A stretch of 33,757 bases of DNA from Eubacteriales bacterium (GTDB taxonomy: Bacteria; Bacillota; Clostridia; Oscillospirales; CAG-272): the NCBI GenBank assembly GCA_051893885.1, contig JBJFHS010000291.1, forward strand, positions 1 through 33,757, given 5' to 3'. Shown here piece by piece: positions 17,561 to 25,973 of the stretch. The position numbers were made by a program, and so were the translations under genes. The notes below the pieces were generated by a model. It worked only from the letters and a program-made list of their open reading frames with translations. It was not told the DNA's origin and did not search any database. Within the stretch, counting starts at the first letter, position 1; the number at the start of each line of letters is the position of its first letter.

Positions 17561-18607
17561 ATGTCAAAACTGAAACGAATTACAGCTCTTGCGCTCATGC
17601 TTGTGCTTCTCCTGCCGCTTGTCTCGTGTTCATCCGACGGCGGAGAGTATGCCGAATACTGTTATTTTATAATGGACACCTATGTCACGCTGAAGTTGGC
17701 GAGAGAAAAAAGCGGCGGCGGGCAGCTGAGCAGTGACTACCTCGACTCGACCGCGGAAAAGTGCTCCGAAATTCTGACCTCAATCGACGCGACGATATCC
17801 AGCCACAACCCCTCGAGCGATGTGTACAGCCTCAATTCCGAATACGACGTGATTCTCTCCGCAGACGAAATGATGCTGTCCATGCTTGACACGGCGGAAA
17901 CCGTAGCTGAGCTGACCGGCGGCGCGTACGACTACACCCTAGGCTGCCTGACCGAGCTTTGGAACATCACCGGCGGCGGTCCGAATGGGGACAACACTCC
18001 GCCCAGTCAGGTAAAAATCGACGAGGCGATGTCACACTGCGGCAGGGACAAGCTCAAAATCACCGGCGAGAGAATCTCAAAGCTCGACGTGAACGTGAAG
18101 ATAGATTTCGGCGGAATCGGCAAGGGCATGGCGGCTCAGCAGCTGCTCGAATACCTCGACACCACCGATGTGGAATACGGACTCGTCTCAGTCGGAGGCA
18201 ACGTCGGAGTGTTCGGGAAAAAACCGGAGTACGGCGACTACAAAATCGGCATCCGGGACCCCCTCGACACAAGCGGAGTGATCGGATACTACTACCTCGG
18301 CTCGGGATTTGTCTCGGTGTCGGGCGATTACGAGCGATATTTTGAGCATGACGGCGTGCGATACCACCACATCCTCGACCCCGAAACGGGATATCCGGCT
18401 GAATCCGGGCTTCACAGCGTCGCGGTCGTAGCTTCAAACGGTGCTGCTGCCGACGCTCTCTCAACGGCGCTGTTCGTGATGGGTGCGGAGCGCGCGCTTG
18501 AGTTCTACAATGAGGGAAAGCTGACGTTCGAGGCGGTTTTCGTGACCGACAGCGGTGAGATAATCACAACTCCGGGGGTCGGCGAAAAGTTCGAGGCGGC
18601 AAAATAA
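17561..18607 (+). CDS. apbE: FAD:protein FMN transferase (ApbE family) lipoprotein
   Basis: The lipoprotein signal MSKLKRITALALMLVLLLPLVSC starts at ATG 17561. The TTG at 17480 lies 5 nt downstream of a putative -10 hexamer (17470-17475), too close to the expected transcription start to be a likely start codon. ApbE motifs include FGGIGKG and YHHILDPETGYP. Confidence 0.85.
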   Translation: MSKLKRITALALMLVLLLPLVSCSSDGGEYAEYCYFIMDTYVTLKLAREKSGGGQLSSDYLDSTAEKCSEILTSIDATISSHNPSSDVYSLNSEYDVILSADEMMLSMLDTAETVAELTGGAYDYTLGCLTELWNITGGGPNGDNTPPSQVKIDEAMSHCGRDKLKITGERISKLDVNVKIDFGGIGKGMAAQQLLEYLDTTDVEYGLVSVGGNVGVFGKKPEYGDYKIGIRDPLDTSGVIGYYYLGSGFVSVSGDYERYFEHDGVRYHHILDPETGYPAESGLHSVAVVASNGAAADALSTALFVMGAERALEFYNEGKLTFEAVFVTDSGEIITTPGVGEKFEAAK

Positions 18608-18652
18608 GCCCGCACAAAATTTATTTAAAAGGAAAAATTCGGAAAACATTCA

Positions 18653-20056
18653 ATGTACGAAAATTATACTGAATCAAAAATCATAGATAACGAAGTCGCG
18701 CCGCAGCTGAAAATAGCCGAAAAGGTTAAAAAAATCGTAACCTCATCGGGCAGTGAGAAAAAATTTTTCGTCCAGACATTCGGCTGCCAGCAGAACGAGG
18801 CGGACAGCGAGCGGCTTGCGGGATACTGCGTAATGATGGGCTACAAACCCGCGAACACACCTGAGGAGGCACAGCTCATCCTCGTCAACACCTGCGCGGT
18901 ACGAGAGCACGCCGAGAAAAAAGCCCTGTCGATAATCGGTCAGTACAAGCACATCAAGGACGCAGACCCGGAGGTAATTATCGGCGTGGGCGGCTGCATG
19001 GTGACGCAGAAGGCGCGTGCGGAAAAGCTGAAAATGAGCTATCCGTACGTCTCGTTCACGTTCGACACGGGTGCGATACACCGCCTTCCCGAGCTGATAC
19101 TGAACGCGCTCGAGGGCGGAAAAAGGTCGTTTGTGCTGAGCGACGAGTGGAAGATAGGCGAAGGAGTGCCGATAAACCGCGCGTCGAAGCACATGGCGTG
19201 GCTGTCTATCATGTACGGCTGCAACAATTTCTGCTCGTACTGCATTGTACCGTATGTCCGCGGACGTGAGCGAAGCCGTTCTGTCGAAGACATACTCGAC
19301 GAGGCGCGCCACCTGATTTCCACCGGAGCAAAGGACATCACTCTGCTCGGTCAGAACGTGAACTCGTACAGGGGTGACAGCGGTGAGGACATAGCGGAGC
19401 TGATGAAGAGAATCTGCGCGCTTGAGGGAGATTTCCGCCTGCGGTTCATGACAAGCCACCCGAAGGACGCCTCAGAAAAGCTGTTCCGCGTGATGGCAGA
19501 GGAGGAAAAGGTCGTAAAGCACTTCCATCTGCCGATTCAGTCGGGCTCAGACAGAATTCTCGGCGCGATGAACCGCAAATACACACGAGAGCAGTACCTC
19601 GAAAAGATATCGCTGCTGCGCGAATACGTTCCGGACGTGTCGATTACGTCTGATATAATCGTAGGCTTCCCGGGCGAGGAGGAGGAGGACTTTGAGGGCA
19701 CGCTCGACATACTCGAAAAGGTGCGGTACGACATGATTTTCTCGTTCATCTACTCTCCACGCGAGGGAACGCCTGCCGCAAAGATGGTTCAGGTGCCTCA
19801 CGAGGTATCGACCGCCCGTTTTGAGCGTATGCTCACGCTGCAGAACTCCATTTCGGACGAGCGCAACTCGCGATTTGTGGGAAGGACGATGCGTATTTTG
19901 GCTGAGGGAGAGAGCAAGACCGACCCCGAAATGCTGACGGGACGCGGAGACTGTGTCCGACCCATCCACTTCAGAGCACCGAAGTCGGTAATCGGCAGCT
20001 TTGTCGACGTAAAAATCACCGGCGCGGAGACGTTCTGCCTGCACGGAGAGGTATAA
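18653..20056 (+). CDS. miaB: tRNA-i6A37 methylthiotransferase MiaB
   Basis: N-terminal FGCQQNEADSE, radical-SAM CNNFCSYCIVP and a C-terminal TRAM-like domain. 467 aa. Confidence 0.9.
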   Translation: MYENYTESKIIDNEVAPQLKIAEKVKKIVTSSGSEKKFFVQTFGCQQNEADSERLAGYCVMMGYKPANTPEEAQLILVNTCAVREHAEKKALSIIGQYKHIKDADPEVIIGVGGCMVTQKARAEKLKMSYPYVSFTFDTGAIHRLPELILNALEGGKRSFVLSDEWKIGEGVPINRASKHMAWLSIMYGCNNFCSYCIVPYVRGRERSRSVEDILDEARHLISTGAKDITLLGQNVNSYRGDSGEDIAELMKRICALEGDFRLRFMTSHPKDASEKLFRVMAEEEKVVKHFHLPIQSGSDRILGAMNRKYTREQYLEKISLLREYVPDVSITSDIIVGFPGEEEEDFEGTLDILEKVRYDMIFSFIYSPREGTPAAKMVQVPHEVSTARFERMLTLQNSISDERNSRFVGRTMRILAEGESKTDPEMLTGRGDCVRPIHFRAPKSVIGSFVDVKITGAETFCLHGEV

Positions 20057-20126
20057 TTTTCCCCCGCTCCGCCAACAATAAGTCAGATAAAAATAATTAT
20101 ATAAATTCTGAAAGGAAAAAACAAAA

Positions 20127-20534
20127 ATGGAAGAAATACTCACACAGGAAATGAAGGAAATAATCGCACAGCTCGGCGCACTCGTAAAGGTTGACCCCCG
20201 CTGCCGTGCAATTGAGCAGACTATAGAGGACTACGAGCACTCCGAGGAGCTGACCTCGCTTATAGGAGAATACAACACCCAGCAGAACATTTTAGCGGAC
20301 GCATACAACAGCTCTGACGACAAGTCCGAGGAATTCAAGTCGGCAGTTCAGGCGAGAATCGACGCGCTGTACGACCAGATTACAACTCACCCCGTATACA
20401 CGGCATATGTTGAGGCGAAAAACAGCTTTGACGCGCTGACTCAGGAAATTTACGCCGAGCTCCAGTTTGTCATCACGGGAAGCCGCCCCTGCTCACACGA
20501 CTGCTCCTCCTGCCACGGCGGATGCGAACATTAA
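20127..20534 (+). CDS. YlbF/YmcA-family regulator-like protein with a Cys-rich C-terminal tail
   Basis: 135 aa and helical, in the usual position between miaB and mutS. The tail is CSHDCSSCHGGCEH. Confidence 0.6.
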   Translation: MEEILTQEMKEIIAQLGALVKVDPRCRAIEQTIEDYEHSEELTSLIGEYNTQQNILADAYNSSDDKSEEFKSAVQARIDALYDQITTHPVYTAYVEAKNSFDALTQEIYAELQFVITGSRPCSHDCSSCHGGCEH

Positions 20535-20539
20535 GGTAT

Positions 20540-20557
20540 AAAAGGCGATAGCCTTTT
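20540..20557. terminator. AT-flanked hairpin aaaaggc-gata-gcctttt, a possible weak terminator after the ylbF-like gene
   Basis: Perfect 7-bp stem with a 4-nt loop, starting 6 nt after the stop codon. The U-tract is only 4 nt. Confidence 0.4.
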
Positions 20558-20559
20558 AA

Positions 20560-21050
20560 ATGATTTTATGTCGGTGCCGATCGACAGCGGCATAAGTCGG
20601 AGCGGTCCGACAGCCGCATAAGAGGGCTTCGGCGCGAGCCCTCTTATGAATCACCCGCGCCGCGATTTCGTTATTGCTTAGTAGTTGAGAATTCGCGCGA
20701 CGGTACTTTTAGTTTGGGTTTGGCACGTCCAGCTATAGTTTGAATTTTTGCCAGTTCCCTCGCGAAAACGCTCAAAAAGACGAAATTGTTTGGACGGATA
20801 AATTTGCAAGCAAATTAGCTAACCGCGGATGGGAATACCTTTGGTATTGTTTATTTTATCAAGTGAAGTGAATCTTTGGTATTCCTTTGGCGGTTAGCCT
20901 ATTGTCCCTCCGGCGTGACAGCTGCATATGGTGTTTGCGAGGTAGCTCTCAACCATTCAACTGCCGTAACGACGACAAGCGTGGATTCATAAGGAGGTGG
21001 CTTCGGAACCTCCTTATGCGCCCTCCGCGCAGGAGAATAAATAAATTTTT
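20560..21050 (+). ncRNA. Candidate large structured RNA or hairpin-bounded non-coding element (family unknown)
   Basis: No plausible ORF, and multiple perfect or near-perfect helices. See the findings for coordinates. cUUCGg loops occur only on the + strand. Confidence 0.3.
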
Positions 21051-21142
21051 AAAAGGCATCGCCTTTTATTCCTCTTTCCCCCCTCATCCACGCAGTAGAT
21101 AAAAAAATAAAATTTTATAAAGGCAACGCCTTTTTATTCCTC
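21042..21142 (+). repeat. Imperfect ~33-nt direct repeat, each copy carrying an aaaggc-N3-gccttt hairpin followed by tattcctc
   Basis: 21042-21074 taaatttttaaaaggcatcgccttttattcctc versus 21108-21142 taaaattttataaaggcaacgcctttttattcctc. Confidence 0.75.
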
Positions 21143-21156
21143 AGAGGTGATTCCCC

Positions 21157-23760
21157 ATGACCCCCATGATGCAGCAGTATTTTGAAATAAAAAACCAATA
21201 CCCGGATTATATCCTGTTCTATCGCCTCGGGGACTTTTACGAAATGTTTTTCGAGGACGCGCAAATCGCCTCATCGGAGCTCGACCTCACCCTCACTGGG
21301 CGCGACTGCGGAGAGGACGAAAGAGCTCCCATGTGCGGCGTTCCCTACCACTCGTGCGAGCCGTATATCGGAAAACTCATCGAAAAAGGCTACAAGGTCG
21401 CTATCTGCGAACAGATGGAGGACCCGAAGCTCGCAAAAAATCTCGTTAAACGTGAGGTCACGCGCATTATCACCCCCGGCACGCTCATCGAAACCGACCT
21501 CCTTAACGAAAAATCCAACAACTACCTCGCCACAATCTATTTCGACGGAAGCTCCATCGGGATGTGCTTCTCCGATATCTCCACCGCGTTCATCACCGCA
21601 ACCGCCTTCCGCGACAGATACTCAGAGGAGGACGTCATAAACGAGCTCTCAACCTACTCCCCTCGCGAAATTATCATCAGCTCCGCCGCAAAAGCTCTGC
21701 CAAAGGTCGCAGAACACATCAAAAAACGCATGAAAGTCCTGCTCACCGAGGCGGCAACCAATTTCTTCGACCCCGACGAAACAATCGAGCTCGCCGAAAA
21801 GCAGTTCTCAGCCGATACAACCGCCGGAAAACCACGCTCGGCTGTAATAGCGGTCGGCGCGGCGCTCAAATATATCGCGGAAACGCAGAAAACCGACATC
21901 TCATATATCAAAAACCTCTCTTTCTACGACTCCTCCGCATACCTTGAGATGGATCTGTCCACACGCCGCAACCTTGAGCTGTGCGAAACCATGCTCACCA
22001 AGGAAAAACGCGGCTCACTTCTCTGGGTGCTCGACAAGTGTCAGACCTCGATGGGCGCGCGGCTGCTCAGACAATGGATCGAACATCCGCTGACAAATGC
22101 CGCACAGATCATCTCCCGTCAGGATGCCGTCGCCGAGCTGTACGACAACTTCATGCTCCGCGAGGAAATCCGCGAAAAGCTCACCTCAGTCCTCGACCTC
22201 GAGCGGCTCATCACAAAGGTGGCTTACGGAACAGCAGGAGGCCGTGATCTGCGCGCAATAGCTCAGACAGCCGCGGTTCTCCCCGAAATCAAGTCTCTGC
22301 TCGACGGAATAAGGAGCGGCGCGCTCTGTGATATCACGGAAAACCTCGACGAGCTGAGTGATATCTACACCCTCATCGACTCCGCAATCGAAGAAAATCC
22401 CCCGTTTGTCGTTCGCGAGGGAGGAATAATCAAGTCGGGATACAACGCGGACGTCGACCAGCTGCGCTACATCATGTCAAACGGCAAGGACTGGATCAAA
22501 ACCGCAGAGCAGAACGAACGCGAAAAAACCGGCATCTCAAAGCTGAAAATCGGCTACAACCGCGTCTTCGGCTACTATATTGAGGCTCCGCGCTCGGCGG
22601 ACAACATGATTCCCGAAAATTACGTGCGCAAGCAGACGCTCTCGGACAAGGAGCGATACATCACCGACGAGCTCAAGGACATGGAGGCTACCATCCTCGG
22701 CGCTGAGGACAAGGTCAAGTCCCTCGAATACGACATTTTTGTCAGCATACGAGACGCCGTAAACCGCGAGTCCGGGAGAATCCGAGCCTCAGCCGAAGCC
22801 CTTGCAAAACTCGACGTATTCCTCTCACTGGCAGAGGCAGCGGTTCAGAACGGCTATGTCTGCCCGACGGTTGACTACAGCGATGTTGTCGATATCAGAA
22901 ACGGCCGCCATCCCGTGGTTGAAAAATTCGTGGACGACGCGTATTTTGTCCCCAACGACGCATACCTCGACACCGGCGACAACACTCTGATGCTGATTAC
23001 AGGGCCGAACATGGCGGGAAAGTCCACGTATATGCGTCAGACCGCGCTGATTATCCTGATGGCGCAGCTCGGCTCGTTCGTTCCGGCAGCTTCGGCAAGA
23101 ATCGGAATCGTCGACAAGCTGTTCACCCGCGTAGGAGCTTCTGACGACCTCGCATCGGGGCAGTCGACGTTCATGCTCGAAATGCGCGAGGTGGCGTACA
23201 TTCTGAACAACGCGACAAAGCGCAGCTTCATAGTCTACGACGAAATCGGGCGCGGAACCTCCACATACGACGGAATGAGCATCGCCCGGGCAGTTGCGGA
23301 GTACACCGTCGGCAAAAAAATCGGGGCTAAAACCATGTTCGCGACGCACTATCACGAGCTGACCTCGCTTGAAAACGAAATTCACGGGGTCGTGAACTAC
23401 AACATTGCGGCAAAAAAGCGCGGCGACGACATCACATTCCTGCGAAAAATCGTGAAAGGCCCGACCGACGACAGCTACGGAATCGAAGTTGCACGGCTTG
23501 CAGGTGTTCCCGGTGAGATCACACGCCGTGCGAAGGAAATTTTAGCCGCACTGGAGAGCCAGAACCGCGGAAATATTGCCGAGACATCGCCGAAAAAAGC
23601 CTCAAAAACCGAACGGAAAGCGGACGAAGGCGTGGTCTCAATGAGCTTTTCCGACATCATCAACGATGAGATTGCCGAAAAGCTGCGCAAAACCGACATC
23701 AACACGCTCACCCCGATCGAGGCTCTGAATCTTATTTATGAACTGAAGAAAATGTTATAA
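21157..23760 (+). CDS. mutS: DNA mismatch repair protein MutS
   Basis: TPMMQQYFEIK N-terminus, Walker A GPNMAGKST and STFMLEM. 867 aa. Confidence 0.97.
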   Translation: MTPMMQQYFEIKNQYPDYILFYRLGDFYEMFFEDAQIASSELDLTLTGRDCGEDERAPMCGVPYHSCEPYIGKLIEKGYKVAICEQMEDPKLAKNLVKREVTRIITPGTLIETDLLNEKSNNYLATIYFDGSSIGMCFSDISTAFITATAFRDRYSEEDVINELSTYSPREIIISSAAKALPKVAEHIKKRMKVLLTEAATNFFDPDETIELAEKQFSADTTAGKPRSAVIAVGAALKYIAETQKTDISYIKNLSFYDSSAYLEMDLSTRRNLELCETMLTKEKRGSLLWVLDKCQTSMGARLLRQWIEHPLTNAAQIISRQDAVAELYDNFMLREEIREKLTSVLDLERLITKVAYGTAGGRDLRAIAQTAAVLPEIKSLLDGIRSGALCDITENLDELSDIYTLIDSAIEENPPFVVREGGIIKSGYNADVDQLRYIMSNGKDWIKTAEQNEREKTGISKLKIGYNRVFGYYIEAPRSADNMIPENYVRKQTLSDKERYITDELKDMEATILGAEDKVKSLEYDIFVSIRDAVNRESGRIRASAEALAKLDVFLSLAEAAVQNGYVCPTVDYSDVVDIRNGRHPVVEKFVDDAYFVPNDAYLDTGDNTLMLITGPNMAGKSTYMRQTALIILMAQLGSFVPAASARIGIVDKLFTRVGASDDLASGQSTFMLEMREVAYILNNATKRSFIVYDEIGRGTSTYDGMSIARAVAEYTVGKKIGAKTMFATHYHELTSLENEIHGVVNYNIAAKKRGDDITFLRKIVKGPTDDSYGIEVARLAGVPGEITRRAKEILAALESQNRGNIAETSPKKASKTERKADEGVVSMSFSDIINDEIAEKLRKTDINTLTPIEALNLIYELKKML

Positions 23761-23796
23761 ATTTACATATATACTGCATATTGATACAAACATATT

Positions 23797-25890
23797 ATGG
23801 GAAAAATCAATTTACTGAGCTTTGAGGTTGCCAACCTCATCGCAGCCGGTGAAGTGGTCGACCGCCCCGCCTCAGCCGTAAAGGAGCTGCTCGAGAACGC
23901 AATCGACTCCGGCGCGCACCACATAACCCTTGAAATCCAGCGCGGAGGCGTCGCTTTCATCCGTGTAGCTGACGACGGCTGCGGAATCGAAAAGGAAGAC
24001 CTCGCTCCGGCAATCAAACGGCACTCGACAAGCAAAATAAAAACGGCGGACGACCTCGGCTCAATCACCACGCTTGGGTTCAGGGGAGAGGCTCTGGCGG
24101 CTATTGCGTCCGTTTCGCGGCTGAGAATTTATTCAAAAGTCCCGGGCTCCCCACTCGGCGCACTGCTCGAAGCTGACGGAGGCCGAATCAAGGAAATCAC
24201 CGACACCGGCTGCCGCGAAGGAACCACAGTTATCGCAGAGGATCTGTTCTACAACGTCCCCGCGAGGCGAAAATTTCTGAAAAAAGACTCAACCGAGGCA
24301 ACCGCAATCGGCGCGGTCGTCGAAAAAATCGCGCTGTCGCACCCCGAGATATCAATGAAATTCATCTCCGACGGCGAAATCAAGTTCATGACCTCGGGAA
24401 GCGGCGACCTCAGAGAGACAATCTGGGCTCTTTTCGGCAAAGAAACCGCAGCCCGCTCACTCAAAGCCGACCGCGAGGAAAACGGAATCCGCGTCTCAGG
24501 CTATGTTTCCGAGCCGGACCTGTACCGCTCAAACCGGAATATGGAGAATTTCTTCATCAACGGCAGGTACATCAAATCGAAAACCGCCTCCGCCGCACTC
24601 GAACAGGCTTATTCATCGAAAATTCCGCAGGATAAATTCCCGTTCTGCGTTTTAAATATCTCGCTCAACCCCGCAGCGGTCGATGTCAACGTCCACCCCG
24701 CCAAGCTGGAGGTAAAGTTCGCCAACGAAAAGGTGATATTCGACGCGGTCTACTACGCCGTCCTCACCGCTCTCGAAGCTGAGGCAAAGCGTCCCGAGCT
24801 TGAGCTCCACCAAAAAAATCCCGAAAAAGCTCCGGCAAAGTCACCGTTTGTATCATACACCGCCGCCGAGCTTCAGAACGCACTCAGACCGCTCGACAAA
24901 AAAGCCCCGAAAAGCGAACAGGTGACGATCCATCACGCGATTCTTGAGGCGGAGGCGGGCGAAAAATCGGTCGAAAAACAAGTCAAGCCGGCTGCCGAAC
25001 CATCCCCGGACAGATTCAACCTCCCGAAATTTCCCGAAAAACGAGCGGCTTCTACCGATATAGAGCTGCCGTATATTCCGAAATCCGCGGAGAATAAAAG
25101 TCAAAATATGACCGTTCCGCAGTCCAAACCTGCCGTGCAGAGTGACGCTGAAAAGGCTCCGGCATCAGACGCAAAACGACCGGTTGAAATGCCGCTGATC
25201 GGGAAAACCAACGCGGAAGATGACCCGTATGCCGAAATATGCAGCTTTGACCCCGCGAAAATCCCGGAATACATCATCATCGGCGAGGCGTTCAACACCT
25301 ACGTTATTGTGCAGATCGGCGAGGAGCTTCTGATGATAGACAAGCACGCCGCACACGAGAGGATAATTTTTGACGAGCTCTGCCGCAAGATGCGCTCAAG
25401 CATGAAAAGCGGAGAGGCAATCGGCGGTCAGATGCTGCTCGCTCCGATAGAGCTTGAACTGCTCTCAGGTGAAGTTGACGCGCTCGGCGAGCATGAGGAC
25501 AAAATCAAGGCGCTCGGCTTTGACTACACCCTTGAAAAAAGCGGCGCGTCGTCGTACAGGGTGAGCATAAACTCGATTCCCGACACGCTCGACACAGCCT
25601 CCGCAGCGGAGCTTTTCTCCACCCTCGCGTCAAAGCTGTCAGACGTCACGGCAAGCGTGGAATCTGCGGCAAACGGCTTTTTCGAGACGCGGCTCTGGCA
25701 GGCTTCGTGCAAGGCGGCGATAAAAGGCGGGCGGGTTTACGACATGGCACACATCAGATGGATCTGCGACCGTCTTCTCATGCCGCCCGGTGGAGGAAAA
25801 AGTGTGATCAGAACCTGTCCCCACGGCCGTCCAGTCGCGTTTGAGATAAAAAAATCCTCCATTGACCGACAGTTCGCCCGGCTTTTGTGA
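23797..25890 (+). CDS. mutL: DNA mismatch repair protein MutL
   Basis: GHKL ATPase motifs (AAGEVVDRPASAVKELLENAIDSGA, GFRGEAL), a Pro/Ala/Lys-rich linker and C-terminal DKHAAHERI. Confidence 0.95.
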   Translation: MGKINLLSFEVANLIAAGEVVDRPASAVKELLENAIDSGAHHITLEIQRGGVAFIRVADDGCGIEKEDLAPAIKRHSTSKIKTADDLGSITTLGFRGEALAAIASVSRLRIYSKVPGSPLGALLEADGGRIKEITDTGCREGTTVIAEDLFYNVPARRKFLKKDSTEATAIGAVVEKIALSHPEISMKFISDGEIKFMTSGSGDLRETIWALFGKETAARSLKADREENGIRVSGYVSEPDLYRSNRNMENFFINGRYIKSKTASAALEQAYSSKIPQDKFPFCVLNISLNPAAVDVNVHPAKLEVKFANEKVIFDAVYYAVLTALEAEAKRPELELHQKNPEKAPAKSPFVSYTAAELQNALRPLDKKAPKSEQVTIHHAILEAEAGEKSVEKQVKPAAEPSPDRFNLPKFPEKRAASTDIELPYIPKSAENKSQNMTVPQSKPAVQSDAEKAPASDAKRPVEMPLIGKTNAEDDPYAEICSFDPAKIPEYIIIGEAFNTYVIVQIGEELLMIDKHAAHERIIFDELCRKMRSSMKSGEAIGGQMLLAPIELELLSGEVDALGEHEDKIKALGFDYTLEKSGASSYRVSINSIPDTLDTASAAELFSTLASKLSDVTASVESAANGFFETRLWQASCKAAIKGGRVYDMAHIRWICDRLLMPPGGGKSVIRTCPHGRPVAFEIKKSSIDRQFARLL

Positions 25891-25973
25891 TGCCGCTGCA
25901 CTGCTGAAATACTGCTCCGAAAGTCAATCCACCGCATTATTATTCATTTTTCATTATATTTATGAGGTAAAAA

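Noticed and set aside
20887-21102. A 71-aa + strand ORF inside the ylbF-mutS spacer
   Set aside because: It has a TTG start without an SD and a highly basic, low-complexity translation. The frame runs through perfect 11-bp and 7-bp hairpins. It is more likely non-coding.
20657-21153. 8-nt long-range complementarities (gaatcacc 20657-20664 with ggtgattc 21146-21153 at the mutS SD; gcgtggat 20979-20986 with atccacgc 21086-21093)
   Set aside because: A few 8-mer complementary matches are expected by chance within a 600-nt region. They are not evidence of SD sequestration without covariation or probing data.
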